A stretch of DNA of 64,000 bases from the human T2T-CHM13v2.0 reference genome, Homo sapiens: NCBI RefSeq assembly GCF_009914755.1, contig NC_060927.1; one strand, written 5' to 3'. The notes below the pieces were generated by a model. It saw only the letters and a program-made list of their open reading frames with translations, made no database searches and was not told the origin of the DNA. Each line of letters begins with the position of its first letter. Within the stretch, counting starts at the first letter, position 1. Below, piece after piece: positions 18,251 to 34,835 of this stretch. Made by a program: the position numbers and the translations under genes.

Positions 18251-18397
18251 GGTATTTCTTGAGATCGAGTTTCAAAGGCTCCTTTTTAAAAATATTAAGA
18301 ATTTAATGATTTTTTTAAATAATCAATTATTTGTGGATTAAATCTAATTCCAGCACTCAAATGACTACCACTGGATCTAAATTTTCCAAATTAGGGG

Positions 18398-19780
18398 TGC
18401 TGAGCAGAAGGAGCTGGGGCTGACAGTTCTCCTGAGTGAAAAGGAGTAAAGTAGCGGGGATGTGGTGGCCGTGCTGACAATGAGTTTTCTTGAAGGCTTT
18501 TTTGGTCCAGTTTGTGAGATTGATATGTCTTTAATGATGGAGAAGCCAGGAAAATGACAGAAATGAAAACTGAAGATGGCAAAGTAGAAAAACACCATCT
18601 CTTTATAATGGAGAATCTGTTTCAGGGAAGGTAAATGTAGCCTTTAAGCAACCTGGATAGAGGCTAGAGCACCAAGGAATTAGAATTGAATTTATAGGTC
18701 AAATGGAACTTTACAATGACAAGAGTAATGCTCATGAATTTATAAACCTAATGAAAGAACTAGCCTTACCTGGAGAACTGACTCAGAGAAGAAGTTATGA
18801 TTTTGAGTTTATGCAAGTTAAAAAGCCATATGCATCTGACATCGGTGCCAGTGTTCACTTGAGGTATTTTCTTAAAGTGACAATAGTGAGAAGACTGACA
18901 GATTTAGTAAAAGAATGTGATCTTATTGTTCACCAGCTTGCCACCTGTCCTGATGTTAACAACTGTATTAAGATAGAAGTGGGCATTGAAGATTGTCTAC
19001 ATATATAATTTGAATATAGTAAGTCAAAGTATCATTTAAAGCATGTAATTGTTGGAAAAATTTACTTCTTAGTAGTAAGAATAAAAATACAACATATGGA
19101 GTTACAACTGATCAAAAAAGAGATCACAGGAATTGGACCCAGTACCACAGCAGAAACAGAAACATCACCAAATATGAAATAATGGATGGTGCACCAGTAA
19201 AAGGTGAATCAATTCCAATGAGACTGTTTTTAGTGGGATATGACCCTACTCCAACAATCAGATGTGAACCAAAAAGTTTCAGTAAGGTACTTTTTGAATT
19301 TAGTGTTTGTTGATGAGGAAGACTGAAGGTACTTCAAACAGCAGGAGATCATTTTATGAAGAAAAGCTCCTGAAAAACTGAGGAAACAGAGAAAAAACTT
19401 TCACCAGTGATTTGAATCTCCAGAATCACAGGCATCTGCTCAACAGCCTGAAATGTGAACTGAATAGGAGACCAAAAAAAAAAAGCAACAAATTCCTGTA
19501 ACCATTGAGTTAAGTTCAGCAGGTTGAAGATGGTTGCAGCTGTAGAGGGGAGAAAGAGCAAAACTCCATATATATTAGTCTTCCTTTATCTTACAGTGCT
19601 GCATTTATTTTACGGTATAATGAAATGTTCTCCATGTATATACATTTTAAAAAATGCTCTCTTTGAAACACTGGAACTTTCTTAAACTGCCTTTTTTGTT
19701 TTTACTTCACACTTTGATGATAAGCACTCAGATGTGCATCAGCATAAACATTAAAAATTTTCGGGTGAGAAAAATAAATA
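18398..19780 (+). pseudogene. VPS26AP1: VPS26A processed pseudogene
   Basis: Intronless VPS26A-like CDS 18480-19458 (MSFLEGFFGP...KELALPGELTQ...QQPEM); stops at 18658, 19006 and 19324 plus frameshifts; A-rich tail; TSD AAATTAGGGG at 18388 and 19781. Confidence 0.95.
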
Positions 19781-19796
19781 AAATTAGGGGGTCTTT

Positions 19797-20099
<303 letters not shown>

Positions 20100-21330
20100 A
20101 AAATTCGGGGGTCTTTTAAATCTATATTCTTTTAAATCATTGTTTACAGTTATATGACACTACTTTTTAAATGTTTCTGATCTTTTAGTTTCAAGGGTAC
20201 ATGTGCAGATTTGTTATACAGGTAAATTGTGTGTCATGGGAGTTTGGTGTACAGATTAGTTCGTGACCCAGGTAATAAGCATGGTACCCAATAGGTAGTT
20301 TTCAGTCTTTACCCTCCTTCCACCCTCCACCCTCAAGTAGGCTCCAGTGTCTACTGTTCCCTTCTTTGCGGCCATGTGTACTCAATGTTTATCTCCCACT
20401 TGTAAGTGAAAACGTGGTATTTAGTTTTCTGTTCCTGCAGTAGTTCGCTCAGGATAATGGCCTCCAGCTCCATACATGTTGCTACAAAGGGCATGACCTT
20501 GTTATTTTTTATGACTGCATACTATCCCATGGTGTATATGTACCATATTTTCTTTATCCAGTCTACCATTGATGGGCATCTAGGTTGATTGCATGTCTTT
20601 ACTATCGTGAATAGTGCTGTGATGAACATTCTTATGCATTGCATGTCTTTACTATTGTGAATAGTGCTGCGATGAATATACTTGTGCATGTGTCTTTATG
20701 GTAGAACAATTTATATTCCTGTGAGTAGATACCCAGTAATGGGATTCCCAGGTCAAATGGTAGTCTGTTTTAAGTTCTTTGAGAAATTGCCAAATTGCTT
20801 TCCACAATGGCTGAACTAATTTACACTCCCAGAAGCAGTGTACAAGCATTCCTTTTTCTCTGCAACCTCACTAGCATCTGTTATTTTTTGACTTTTTAAT
20901 AATAGCCATTCTGTCTGGTGTGAGATAGTATCTCACTGTGGTTTGATTTGCATTTCTCTAGTGATTAGGGATGTTGAACATTTTTTCATATGCTTGCTGG
21001 CTAGATATATGTCTTCTTTTGAAAAGTGTCTGTTTATATCCCTTGCCCACTTTTTTATTGGGTTGTTTGGTTTTTTGCTTATTAATTTCTTTAAGTTCCT
21101 TATAGATTCTGGATGTTAGAGCATTTTCAGACACATAGTTTGTAAATATTTTCTCCCATTCTGTAGGTTGTCTGTTTACTCTGTTGATAGTTTCTTTTGC
21201 TGTGCAGATACTCTTTAGTTTAATTATGTCCCATTTGTCAATTTTATTGTTATTGCAGTTGCTTTTGGTGTCTTCATCATGAAATCTTTGCTAGGGCCTG
21301 TGTCCAGAATGGTATTTTCTAAATTTTCTT

Positions 21331-21629
21331 TCTTTTTTTTTTCTTTTTCGAGATAGGGTCTCACTGTGTCACCCAGGCTGGAGTACAGTGGCGCAAACAG
21401 CTTACTGCAGCCTCAACCTCCTGGACTCAAACAATTCTCCTGCCTCAGCCCCCCAAGTAGCTGGGACTACAGGTGCACACTACTACACCTGGCTAATTTT
21501 TATATTTTTTTGTAGAGATGAGGTTTCACCATCTTGCCCAAGCTGCTCTTGAACTCCTGAGCTCAAGCAATCTGCCTGCCTCAGCCTCCTAGAGTGCTGA
21601 GATTACAGGCGTGAACCACCACGCCCAGT
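21331..21629 (-). mobile_element. AluJ-like nested in L1
   Basis: TSD ctaaattttctt on both sides. Confidence 0.92.
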
Positions 21630-24467
21630 CATTCCTAAATTTTCTTCAAGGGTTTTATAGTTTTAAGTTTTACATTTAAGTCTTTAATCCATCTTGAGCT
21701 GATTTTTATATATGGTGTAAGGAAGGGGGCTAGTTTCAATCTTCTGCATATGGCTAGCCAGTTATCCCAGCACCATTTATTGAATAGGGAGTCTTTTTCC
21801 CATTGCTTGTTTTTGTCAACTTTGTCGAAGACCAGATGGTTGTAGGTGTGTGGCTTTATTTCTGGGCTCTCTATTCTGTTCCATTGGTCTATGTGTCTGT
21901 TTTCATACCAGTACCATGCTGTTTTGGTTACGGTTGTCTTATAGTATAGCTTGAAATTGGGTATTGTGATGCCTCCAGCTTTGTTCTTTTTGCTTAGGAT
22001 CACTTTGGCTATTGGGCTCTTTTTTGGTTCTGTATGAATTTTAGAATAGTTTTTTCCTAATTCTGTGAAGAATGTTATTGGTAGTTTGAGAGGAATAGCA
22101 TTGAATCTATAAATTGCTTTGGCATTATGAACATTTTAACAATATTGATTCTTCCTATCACGAGCATGGAATGTTTTTCCATTTGTGTCATCTCTGATTT
22201 ATTTGAGCAATATTTTATAATTCTTGTTGTAGAGATCTTTCACCTTCCTGGTTAACTGTATTTCTGGGTATTTTACTTTTTTTTTTCTTTTGCTATAACG
22301 AATGGGATTGTGATCTCGACTTGGCACTCAGCTTGGGTGTTGTTGGGTATAGAAATGCTATTGATTTTTGTACATTGATTTTTGTATCCTGAAATTTTGC
22401 TGAAGTTGCTTATCAGATCTAGGAGCTTTTGGGCACACTATGGGGTTTTCTAGGTATAAAAACAATATCTTCTGCAAATAGATATAGTTTGATTTCCTGT
22501 TTGGATGCCTTTTATTTCTTTCCCTTGCCTGATTGTTCTGGTTAGGACTTCCAGTACTATGTTGAATAGAAGTGGTGAGAGCGGGCATCCTTGTTTTGTT
22601 CCAGTTCTCAAGGGGAATTGTTCCAGCTTTTGCCCATTCAGTATGATGTTGGCTGTGCGGTTTGTCATAGGTGACTCTTATTATTTTGAGGTATGTTCCT
22701 TCAGTGCCTGGTTTGTTGAGGGTTTTTAACATGAACAGATGTTGAATTGTATTGAAAGCCTTTCCTGCATCTATTGAGATGATCATGTGGTTTTTGTTTT
22801 TAGTTCTGTTTATGTGATGAATCACACTTATGGATTTGCATATGTTGAACCAACCTTGCATTCCAGGGATAAAGCCTGCTTGATTGTGGTGAATTAGCTT
22901 TTTGATGTGCTGCTGGATTCAGTTTGCTAGTATTTTGTTGAGGATTTTTGCATCAATACTCATCAAACATATTGGCCTAAGGTTTTCTTTTTTTGTTGTT
23001 TCTCTGCCAGGTTTTGGTATCAGAATGATGCTGAATGATGCTGGCCTCATAGAATGAGTTAGGGAGAAGTTCTTCCTCCTCAATTTTTTTGAATAGTTTC
23101 AGTAGGAGTGGTACCAACTCTTCTTTACATGTCTGGTAGAATTTGGCTGTGAATCCATCGGGTCCTGGGCTTTTTTTGATTGATAGGTTTTTAATTACTG
23201 GTTCAATTTTGGAACTCATTCTTTGTCTGTGCGGGGTTTTAATTTCTTCCTGGCTCAATCTTGGGAGGTTTTATATTTCCAGAAATTTATCCATTTCTTC
23301 TAGGTTTTCTAGTTTTTGTGCATAGAGGTGTTCATAATAGTCTCTGGGGTTTTTTTTTTTTTTTTTCTGTGGGGTCGGTGGTAATGTTCCTTTTGTCATT
23401 TCTGATTGTGTTTATTTGGATCTTCTCTTTTAAATTAGTCTAGCTAGTGGTCTATTAATCTTATTTATTCTTCAAAGAGCCAACTTATGATTTCATTGAT
23501 CTTTTGTATGGTTTTTCACATATCAATTTCATTCTGTTTAGCTCTAATTTTGGTTATTTCTTGTCTTCTGCTAGCTTTGGGGTTGATTTGCTCTTGTTTT
23601 TCTAGTTCCTCTAGGTGTGATGTTAGATTGTTATTTCTAGATCTTTCTAACTGTTTCATGTGGGTGTTTAGCACTATAAACTTGTAACACTGCTTTAGCT
23701 GTGTCCCAGAGATTCTGGTATTTTCTGTCTTTGTTCTCATTAGTTTCAAAGGATTTCTTGAGTTCTGCCTTAATTTCATTGTTTACTCAGAAGTCATCAG
23801 GAGCAGGTTGTTTAATTTCCATGTAATTGTATGATTTTTAGTGATCTTCTTAGTATTGATTGCTATTGTTATTGCACTGTGGTCCGAGAGTGTGGTTAAT
23901 ATAATTTTGGGTGTTTTGCATTTGCTTAGAATTGTTTAATGGCTGATTGTGTGGTCGATTTTTAGAGTATGTGCCAGGTGCAAATGAGAAGAACGTATAT
24001 TCTGCTGTTTTGGGGTGGAGAGCTCTGTAGATGTCTGTTAGGTCCATTTGGTTAAATGTCAAGTTCAGGTCACAACTATCTTTGTTAGTTTTTTGACTCA
24101 GTGATCTGTCTAATACTGTTAATGGGGTGTTGAAGTCTCCCACTGTTATTGTGTGGTTATCTGAGTCTCTTTGTAGGTCTCTAAGAACTTGTTTCATGAG
24201 CCTGGATGCTCCTGTGTTGATTGCATATATACTTGGGATAGGTAAGTCTTCATGTTGAATTGAACCCTTTACCTTTATGTAATGCCCTTATTTGTCTTTT
24301 TAAATCATTGTTGGTTTAAGGTCTGTTTTGGTTTTGTCTGAAATTAGAATAGCAATCTCTGCTTTTTTTGTTTTTCATTTGCTTGCCAGATTTTTCTCCA
24401 CCCCTTTACATTGAGCCTATGGATGCCATTGCATGTGAGATGGGTCTCCTAAAGACAGCATACAGTT

Positions 24468-24770
24468 GTCTGGGCACGGGGGCTCACGCCTGTAATCCCA
24501 GCACTTTGGGAGGCCAAGGCAGGCAGATCACAAGGTCAGGAGATCGAGACCATCCTGGCTAACATGGTGAAAACGCATCTCTACTAAGAATACAAAAAAT
24601 TAGCCGGGCATGGTGGCACTTGCCTGTAGTCTCAGCTACTCGGGAGGCTGAGACAGCAGAATTGCTTGAACCCAGGAGCTGAGATCATGCCACTGCACTC
24701 CAGCCTGGGTGACAGAGCAAGACTGTGTCTCAAAAAACAAACAAACAAACAAACAAACAAACAAACAAAA
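24468..24770 (+). mobile_element. AluSc/Y-like nested in L1, (AAAC)n tail
   Basis: TSD cagcatacagtt on both sides. Confidence 0.92.
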
Positions 24771-27719
24771 CCCAGCATACAGTTGGGTCTTATTTATCCA
24801 ACTTTCCACTGCCTTTTAATTGGGGCATTAAGCCCGTTTACATTCAAGGTTAATATTGATATATGTGGATTTTATCTTGTCATTGTGTTGTTAGCTGGTT
24901 ATTTTGCAGACTTGATTGTGTAGTTGCTTTATAGTGTCAATGGTCTATGTACTTAAGTGTGTTTTTGTGGTGGCTGCTAACAGTCTTTCATTTCCATGTT
25001 TAGCACCACCTTGAAGACCTCTTGGAAGGCAGGTAACGAATTCCCTTAGCATTTGCTTGTCTGAAAATGATCTCATTTCTCCTTCACTTATGAAACTTAG
25101 TTTGGCTGGATATGAAATTCTTGGTCTTAGTTTCTTTAAGAATGTTGAATATAGGCCCTCAAGCCCTCAAATATAGAGTTTCTGCTGTTAGCCTGATAGG
25201 ATTCCCTTTGTAGGTGGCCTGCCCCTTCCCTCTAGCTACCTTTAATATTTTTTGTTTCACGTTGACCTTGGAGAATCTGATGACTAAGTGTCTTGGGGAT
25301 GGTTGTCTTGTATGTATCTCATAGGGGTTCTCTGCATTTCCTGCATTTGAATGTTGGCCTCTCTAGTGAGGTTGGGGAAGTTTTTGTGGATGATATTTTC
25401 GAATATGTTGTCCAAGTTGCTTGTTTTCTATCCCTGTCTTTCAGGGATGCCAGTGAGGCATAGATTTGATCTATTTACATAATCCCATGTTTCTCAGAGG
25501 TTTTGTTCTTTTTTATTCTTTTTTCTTTATTTTTGTCTCAGTTAATTTGGAGAACCAGCCCTGTGAGATTCTTTTCTCAGCTTGGTCTATTCTGCTGTTA
25601 ATACTTGCAATTTGTATTATGAAATTTCAGATCAGTATGATTCTTTCTTAAAATGGCCATTTTGTCTTTCAGCTCTTGTGTCATTTTTTTGTATTCCTTA
25701 GATTTCTTGGATTGGGTTTTGAGTTTCTCCTGAATTTCAATGATTTTCATTCCTATCTATATTCTGAATTCTATGTCTGTAATTTCAGCCTGGTTAAGAA
25801 CCATTGCTGGGGAACTAGTATAATTGTTTGGAGGTAGGAAGACACTCCAACTTTTTGAGTTGCTAGAGTTCTTGCACTGGTTCTTTCTCATCTGTATGGA
25901 CTGATGTTCCTTTTATCTCTGAAGTTGCTGTCTTTTGGATGGGGTTTTTTTGCTTTGATGCCTGTGGGGGTTTGATTGTGGAATAAGGTGGGTTCAGTTG
26001 ACCATCTTCACTTCTGGAAGATTTCAGGGGGCCCAGGCTCAGCTCAGAACTCCTGGACTGTGTGCTCTAACTGTGGGGGGCTAGAGTTAGAACACATAGT
26101 TTTGTGTGTCCCCAGCTTTGTTCTCTGGCCCTTCGAGGTTAGAAATATGTTGCACTGGAGGGGTGGAGGTGTTCCTGGTCCACTGGCCACAATACTCCAA
26201 TGGGGTTGCTGGCCAAAGCAATTCACTGGGGTGGTGGCAGTAGGATCTGTGCTGCTCATGAATGCCAGCAGCCATGATGGCATGGTGGGGTGCTTGTGCA
26301 CTGGCTGGGGCAGGGGCGCTGGTGGGAACCCTTTGTTTTCACAGGTGTCACCTTTGTTTTCACAGGTGTTGTATACTGGCAGAATATTTTGGTGTTATGT
26401 TTTGGGCTGTGATCTAGTAGGTAGTGTTTAAGAGTATTAGCTGGCAGATAGGCTCTTAACGCTGCAGCACAACTCATTTGTGTTTTGGCATGGTTTGTAG
26501 TAGTGTTCTGGGGTGAAAAGGGAAAGTGATGACCCCCTACCCTGGTTGGCTCTTGGGCCTTGGAGGAGCCCCCTTTGACTGGCTCTGTGCCCATGTTTCT
26601 TTTGTTGGGTGTTTTGGACCACGGGGCTCTTTTAAGCAGGTGCCATGGTTGGCAGACAGGCCATATGCTTGCCAGGTCAACCCTGCAGCAAGAATTACAC
26701 TCTGCCCCTCCACTGGCTTGCAAACCTGGGCATCTCACTCTCTCAGTGATCTTAGAGGGAGGGCTTCTCCCTCCTTGGGCATCACTCAGGCCTGCACATC
26801 CTGCTCAGCTAGGAGCTGTGGGACTGGATGTGGTCACCTATTCTGCTGTCTGGGTACTTCCTAGGGGAACACGGGGTTGTGCCTGCCCACATAGTTGAGG
26901 CAGAAGTGAGACCACTGGGCTGGACACTCTAGCAGGCATGGCCTGTCTGGCTACCAGCAGCAGGGATGGGTGGGAGTCACCTACCCTGCTGTCAAGGTGT
27001 TTCCTGGGGCAACAGGAAGCTGTGGCTGCCAGCTGAGTTCAGGCAGAAGTGGGACTGTTGGGCTGAAGGCTAGTACCAAGTCTTGTCTGGCAAGGTGGAG
27101 TGAAGCAATCTTACTGCTCCCAGGCAGGACCGTGACCGCTATTGGGGATATGGTACTGGTGTCATTCCGTTCCAGGGTCCAAGGCTTATAGAGGTCCCCA
27201 TGGACTTGAGAGTTGTCGCCGCAGAAACTCTGGGTGTCTCTCTGCCTCAGTTTAGAAGTGTGGGGGTAGGGCCAGGGGAACCAGGGAATTCTCCCATTAC
27301 TAGTCTTACACAGGTGCCTGTGTACAATCCTCCAGGGAGCTCTCACTCACTCATCCTTTCCCATATTGAGGAGCTTTTCCTGGCTCTGTGCTGATCCCAG
27401 AGGGGCCGCTGCCCAGCTTTGCTCCTCTCTGCCCTCTGTGTCCCCTTGCTGCCTGGATGGATTCTGACATGGTTTCTTAGATGATCAGCTAGTAGGGTCA
27501 GTGTTCATCAACCCTGTTGTTTCCTGTTTGTGAGAGCGGCACACACGAGCAGCTTCTAATTCACCATCTTGACCCACCCAACCCCCGACACTACCTTTAA
27601 TTAAAGCTCAGTTTTAAGTCTTTTTACCCAACTCTTACATTTAAAAATATGTAAAGCTTCAGAAAAATTGCATGAATAGTATGATAACATCCATATGCCA
27701 CTTGCCTAGATTCATCAAT

Positions 27720-28430
27720 TTTTAAATTATGGCAAAATGTACATAAGATAAAATTTACCATTTAACCATTTTTAAGTGGACAGTTCAGTGGCATTAAGTA
27801 CATTCACGTTATTGTACAACCACTGCCACCATCCATCTTCAGAACTTTTTAATCTTTCCAAACTGAAATGCTATACCTGTTGAATGGTAACGCTCCATTT
27901 CTTCCATTGTTGATGATCACCATTCTATTTTCTGTCTATGTGAATTTGACTACTCAAGGTGCCTTGCATAAGTGGAATAATACAATGTTTGTCCTTCTGT
28001 GACAGATTTAATACACTTAGCATAATGCCTTCCAGGTTCATCCTCATTGGGGCATGTATCAGAATGTATTCCTTTTTTAAAGCTGAATAATATTCCATTG
28101 CATGTATATACCACATTTTGTTTATCCGTTCATCCATTAATGACATCTGGGTTGTTTACACATGTTAGCTACTGTAAATAATGCCACCACGAACATTGAC
28201 ATACAACTGTCTGTTCAGGTCCCTGCTTCCAGTCTTTGGGTATATGCCTAGGAATGGAATTGCTGCATCATATAGTAATTCAATCTTTACTTTTTTGAAG
28301 AGTGGCTACTATTTTCCATACTGGCTGTATCATTTTACATTTCCACAAGCAATGTACAAAGTTTCCAATTTATCCACATCCTTGCCAACACTGATTATTA
28401 TTTATAATAGCTATCCTAATGGGCACGAAC
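27720..28430 (-). mobile_element. L1MA/MB 3' fragment
   Basis: gctgaataatattccattgcatgtatataccacatttt. Confidence 0.8.
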
Positions 28431-29950
28431 GTTCACCAATTTTAAAACTTTATTACATCAAAGGATTTTTAAAATTCTGCAGTTCCTGCCTTTTATATAT
28501 CAAAATGGTTCATATGTCCTTTTGCGTACTAGCCATTTTTCCTACAATTCATTCCAGGTTTTTTTTACATTATGATAAGCTTTACTTAGGTATTGGAGGA
28601 TTGACTGTTTCAAGATGATGTTAATTAGGTGATGCTCTGGTAAGCAATACTCAGTAGACCTTATTGGTAACATTGCTGAAACTACAAGGGTAACATTCAT
28701 GGGAAGACAAATAGTTTTCATTTATCCTTGTTGATAGTTGCTTCATTGAGTAGTGTGCAGTTTTAAGAGCAGAATTAAATTACATCTTTAAATTTTGTTT
28801 CTGATTAACAACAGACTGGTTGTATCATTTTCCTGAAACAGGCTGACATATGACCAAAGTAATCTTCTGAAAAGTAATTTAGAATTAGTTGTATATCTTC
28901 TTTTATATATACCTAAATAAATCATTTTACAGAAAATCCTGGATGATAGACTCTATGATTTGTGATTTTGCCTTTTTAATTTAGTTATAAGACTTTGCCA
29001 GATACTCAGAAGGCAATTTCAGGATCCCTCATTAAATCCTCAGATCTAGCAATATAAAAGAAGTTGAGTAAAATTGGCTGTATTCTAAAGCCTCACTTCC
29101 TTCCTTTGATGATGAGTATAATGGGGTTAGATAAAGGCTCCTATGCTTTAGGATATTGGTGAATAGCAGTCAAACATACTAGTACTTGCCTAAGTCGATT
29201 TGTGCTGGGGCATTAGGTGATACAATCATGTCTTTGAATAGAGTTTTTAATGCTTTTATTTATACTTTTTAAGTTTTTGGCTTCATGAAATGACCTTCAC
29301 TGTGTTCTAGAACTATATTTCTGTTCAAGTGGGTATTTAATCACTATATTGTCCCTAAGCAAATAAAAGAGAATTTTTACCAGGATCTTGCTATAAACAT
29401 AGAGATATGATCTTATAGTCTTCTTAAGACAGATTATATAATCATTTATGTTCCATTGCCTTACTGTGACTAAAGATTTTAGCAGACAAGCCACTGACAT
29501 TACATGATTTCTCATAACATTGACATAATTTCTATGTAAGTTGATATCAAGGTCATATGGTTTCTTAATGACAAAAATATTTTAAAGTTTTGTCCTCAGT
29601 GATGGGAATGTTAAAGTGTTGTTCCGTCTCTGATAAACCTGGCATCATTACTTCTCTTCATAGGTACTGAGGACTTTAAAAGGAAGCTTACAGATGAAAC
29701 AACTTTTAATTTTATCTTCTAATAAAAGGAAAAAGGATATTAATAAACAATTTAGAAATAAATGGATCAGAGATGGGGAATATGCCACATTTAAGGAGAG
29801 TGCTTAACATTTAATCTCTCTTTTCTTTAATGTTAAACTTATAATACCCAGTTATAAGGAAGTTAGCACTAGTCAAAAATAGAAATTTTAATAATTCAGA
29901 AGCTCCTTTGATTTCATTTAATGTCATACTGTTTAAGTTTCTAGAACTAA

Positions 29951-30157
<207 letters not shown>

Positions 30158-30584
30158 TAGTTCACCAATTTACAAGACAGTTTCAATAAACAAGTGGCAA
30201 GAAAAAAGGGAGGAGAAACTGTTACAGGTTAAAAGAGACTTAAAAGGCATATGAATTGTATCAACCCACTCCTAATTCAAACAAACCACTTGTTAAAAGG
30301 TATTTATGAGATTTCAGGAATTGTTTATTTTTTATGTATAGTAATGGTATTACAGCTGTGTATTAAAGAAAATAATATTTATTTTAAAAGAGATATATGG
30401 AAGAATCTATAAAGAGATATAGTGAAGTATTATGGATGACATTATATTGATGTCTAGGATTTCCTTTAGAAGTCATCTAGCTGGGCAGAGGATGGTGATA
30501 GAGGCAGGTAATATGGGACAGAGGACAAAGGAAGCAAGACTGGGGAGGAGTTAGTGTTGCTGAAGCTAGTTGATGAGCTCCTGA

Positions 30585-31210
<626 letters not shown>

Positions 31211-31920
31211 GAAGACATAAAAAGGAACACTACTCAAATCTGGTTTACAGAATTGTTTCAAGAGTTAGGGGCCAAATAACTAGATGGCTGCTTTGACACA
31301 TGGGAAGAGAATGAGTTTTTGAAATTAAATACTGTATGAGCTATTTAATGCTCTTTATCTGTGACCAGAGTGGCAGTGTCTTACAGTGGAATGTGTGTTT
31401 AGCCAATTTGTGCTGAGTATCTGATTTGCAAATAGTCTGAAAACATCTCTTAACATCTGAACTAGTTGTGCTTATAAGAGCAAACAAATGGACAAAACAA
31501 TAGTTTTGTTCATTATCATTAAAAAGAACGTATTTCCATACCTTTAAACAATTCTTAAAAGATTATCAAACGTAAGAAAAGTCTGGTATTTTGGTATTGG
31601 AGGGTCTTTGAAAACTTTGGAAGCCCCCCCAACCCCCTTACAGGATAGGTAGAAAAGGTATGGTTAAAATGAGAAAGGTTTGGCCAATGACCATTTAAAA
31701 TCCTGTTTAGGAAAAGCAGTGTTTTGTTTGGTTACTACCCTTCTTGACTTTTTTGGTGAAGGGTGGTTTCGTTGAACTTTGATTAATTTTGAGGTGGGAT
31801 CCTTACTTCATTCAATTGATTTTTGAATTGTTCACCTAACAGGAACACTTAAAACTCTATAAACTTATAATACACATAAGAGATTATGTGGTTTGTCCTC
31901 ATGCCTAAAGGAAAAAATAA

Positions 31921-32595
<675 letters not shown>

Positions 32596-32710
32596 TCTTT
32601 TTCTCAATTTATGGACAACAGAGTCAGCATGTAGGCTCTTTTAGCTTTGTATATAGGTTTCTCATGTTTTTTGTAATTTTTGAGAAGGAATACTAATATA
32701 CATGTTCTAA

Positions 32711-32917
<207 letters not shown>

Positions 32918-33668
32918 TGAGCTGCTGTACATGAATGTGTTAGGATAGGCTAGATTATGTCCTGGTAATTTATTCATCCTGAATTCTTAGTAGTAGCTTT
33001 ACACAACAGTTTTATTTCTTGCTTAAATTACATTTCCAACAGGGGTGAGCAGAGGAGTGGGGCTTCTCACCTAAGGCCCCCGCTTGATGAAGGCTTTGAC
33101 ACCCGGAGCTACGTGATCCAGAATATGTGTTGTTTCAGTTGCCACAGGAAGAGAAAGCTGTAGAATTGTGTTCACAATCCATTGACCAGGACCAGTCATG
33201 TGACCTTGTTTAATGGCAAAGGGGCTGGGAGTTTTGGGGGAGTGCTCAGTGAGCGGTAATTGGCTCTGCTGCAGTGGGAAATGAGAAATGTTGGTGCATT
33301 ACAGAGAGAGATGGGCCATCATGTACTTGGCCTACTCTGGTTAATGTAGTTACTTTCACCTAGTGTATGACCACTAGAGATTTTTTATACAAGGAATTTA
33401 GAAAATTTAGTATTTATTTTGAGCCTTCATTGCTATTTAGATAAATAAAATTTAGGGCTAGAGAAAGGAAATAAGTAAAATGGCAAGTACTTAGAAGGAA
33501 AATTTGATGAAATTATTAGCAGCACACATTAATTTTTTAAATAAAAGTTATCAATGAACACATTTTCTTTTATGATATTAATGACTTTGAATCTTTTTGA
33601 CTTTCCACTGAATACAATCTTACATTTAACTGTAACATGAATATAACTAAAGTCTGCTCTTTAAATAA

Positions 33669-33803
<135 letters not shown>

Positions 33804-33956
33804 TAAATTTTTTTATTTATCTATTTTTGTAAAGATGGGATTTATTAACAAAATGGATTGATTCTTCATTTAGATTTGTAACAGAAAACTGGTCAATGAT
33901 GTTGGAAAGACTCCCATGAAAGTGGTTCCCACTGTCCCACTTTTTCTGCCACTTAG

Positions 33957-34321
<365 letters not shown>

Positions 34322-34734
34322 TAATGCTTATTATATCCCAGACATACATAATAAAGTTCTATGTGCTTTACAGATATTAACTCATTTCATACTCAGAACA
34401 AGTTAAAATTATTATTTTTCATTTTATTAAAAGAGAAAATTGAAACACAGAGAGGTTAAGTGACTTTTATCAAGATCACACAGTTAAGAGCTCTCATACC
34501 CCTTTGCCTCTGTAAGGAGCCAAGGAGACTGCATAAACTGATCATAGATATACACCTGTGCTGTCTAAGCTCTGGGGAGTCCTCGGGGCTACCTTCCTTG
34601 TCAGATGCAGCTTTCCTGGGCTTATGCAGCCCACTTGGCAATGGTAGTATGTACATGTATGGATTTGGTTGGAGGTGGGTACTAGAGACTGACTGGGGAA
34701 AACGATACGGTGGTTCTCTTTGGATATTTCTTAA

Positions 34735-34750
34735 CATATACATGCGAGAA

Positions 34751-34781
<31 letters not shown>

Positions 34782-34835
34782 TATATGCATGTATATATAC
34801 GTGTGTGTATATATATATACACATATATATACACA
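34735..34835. repeat. (TA)n/(CA)n alternating purine-pyrimidine repeat
   Basis: Seen directly. Confidence 0.9.

Larger units (their letters stand above)
20168..27586 (-). mobile_element. Full-length old primate L1 (L1PA15/16-like), inactive
   Basis: ORF2 fragments ([39 protein letters not shown]); 5' end CAAGATGG at 27564-27571; TSD GACACTAC(T/C)TTT at 20156 and 27587. Confidence 0.92.

Noticed and set aside
18703-19008. 101-aa VPS26-like ORF
   Set aside because: Fragment between premature stops of the pseudogene; no promoter evidence
21635-24197. L1 ORF2 as an active reverse transcriptase
   Set aside because: Broken by many stops and frameshifts, with Alu insertions at 21331 and 24468
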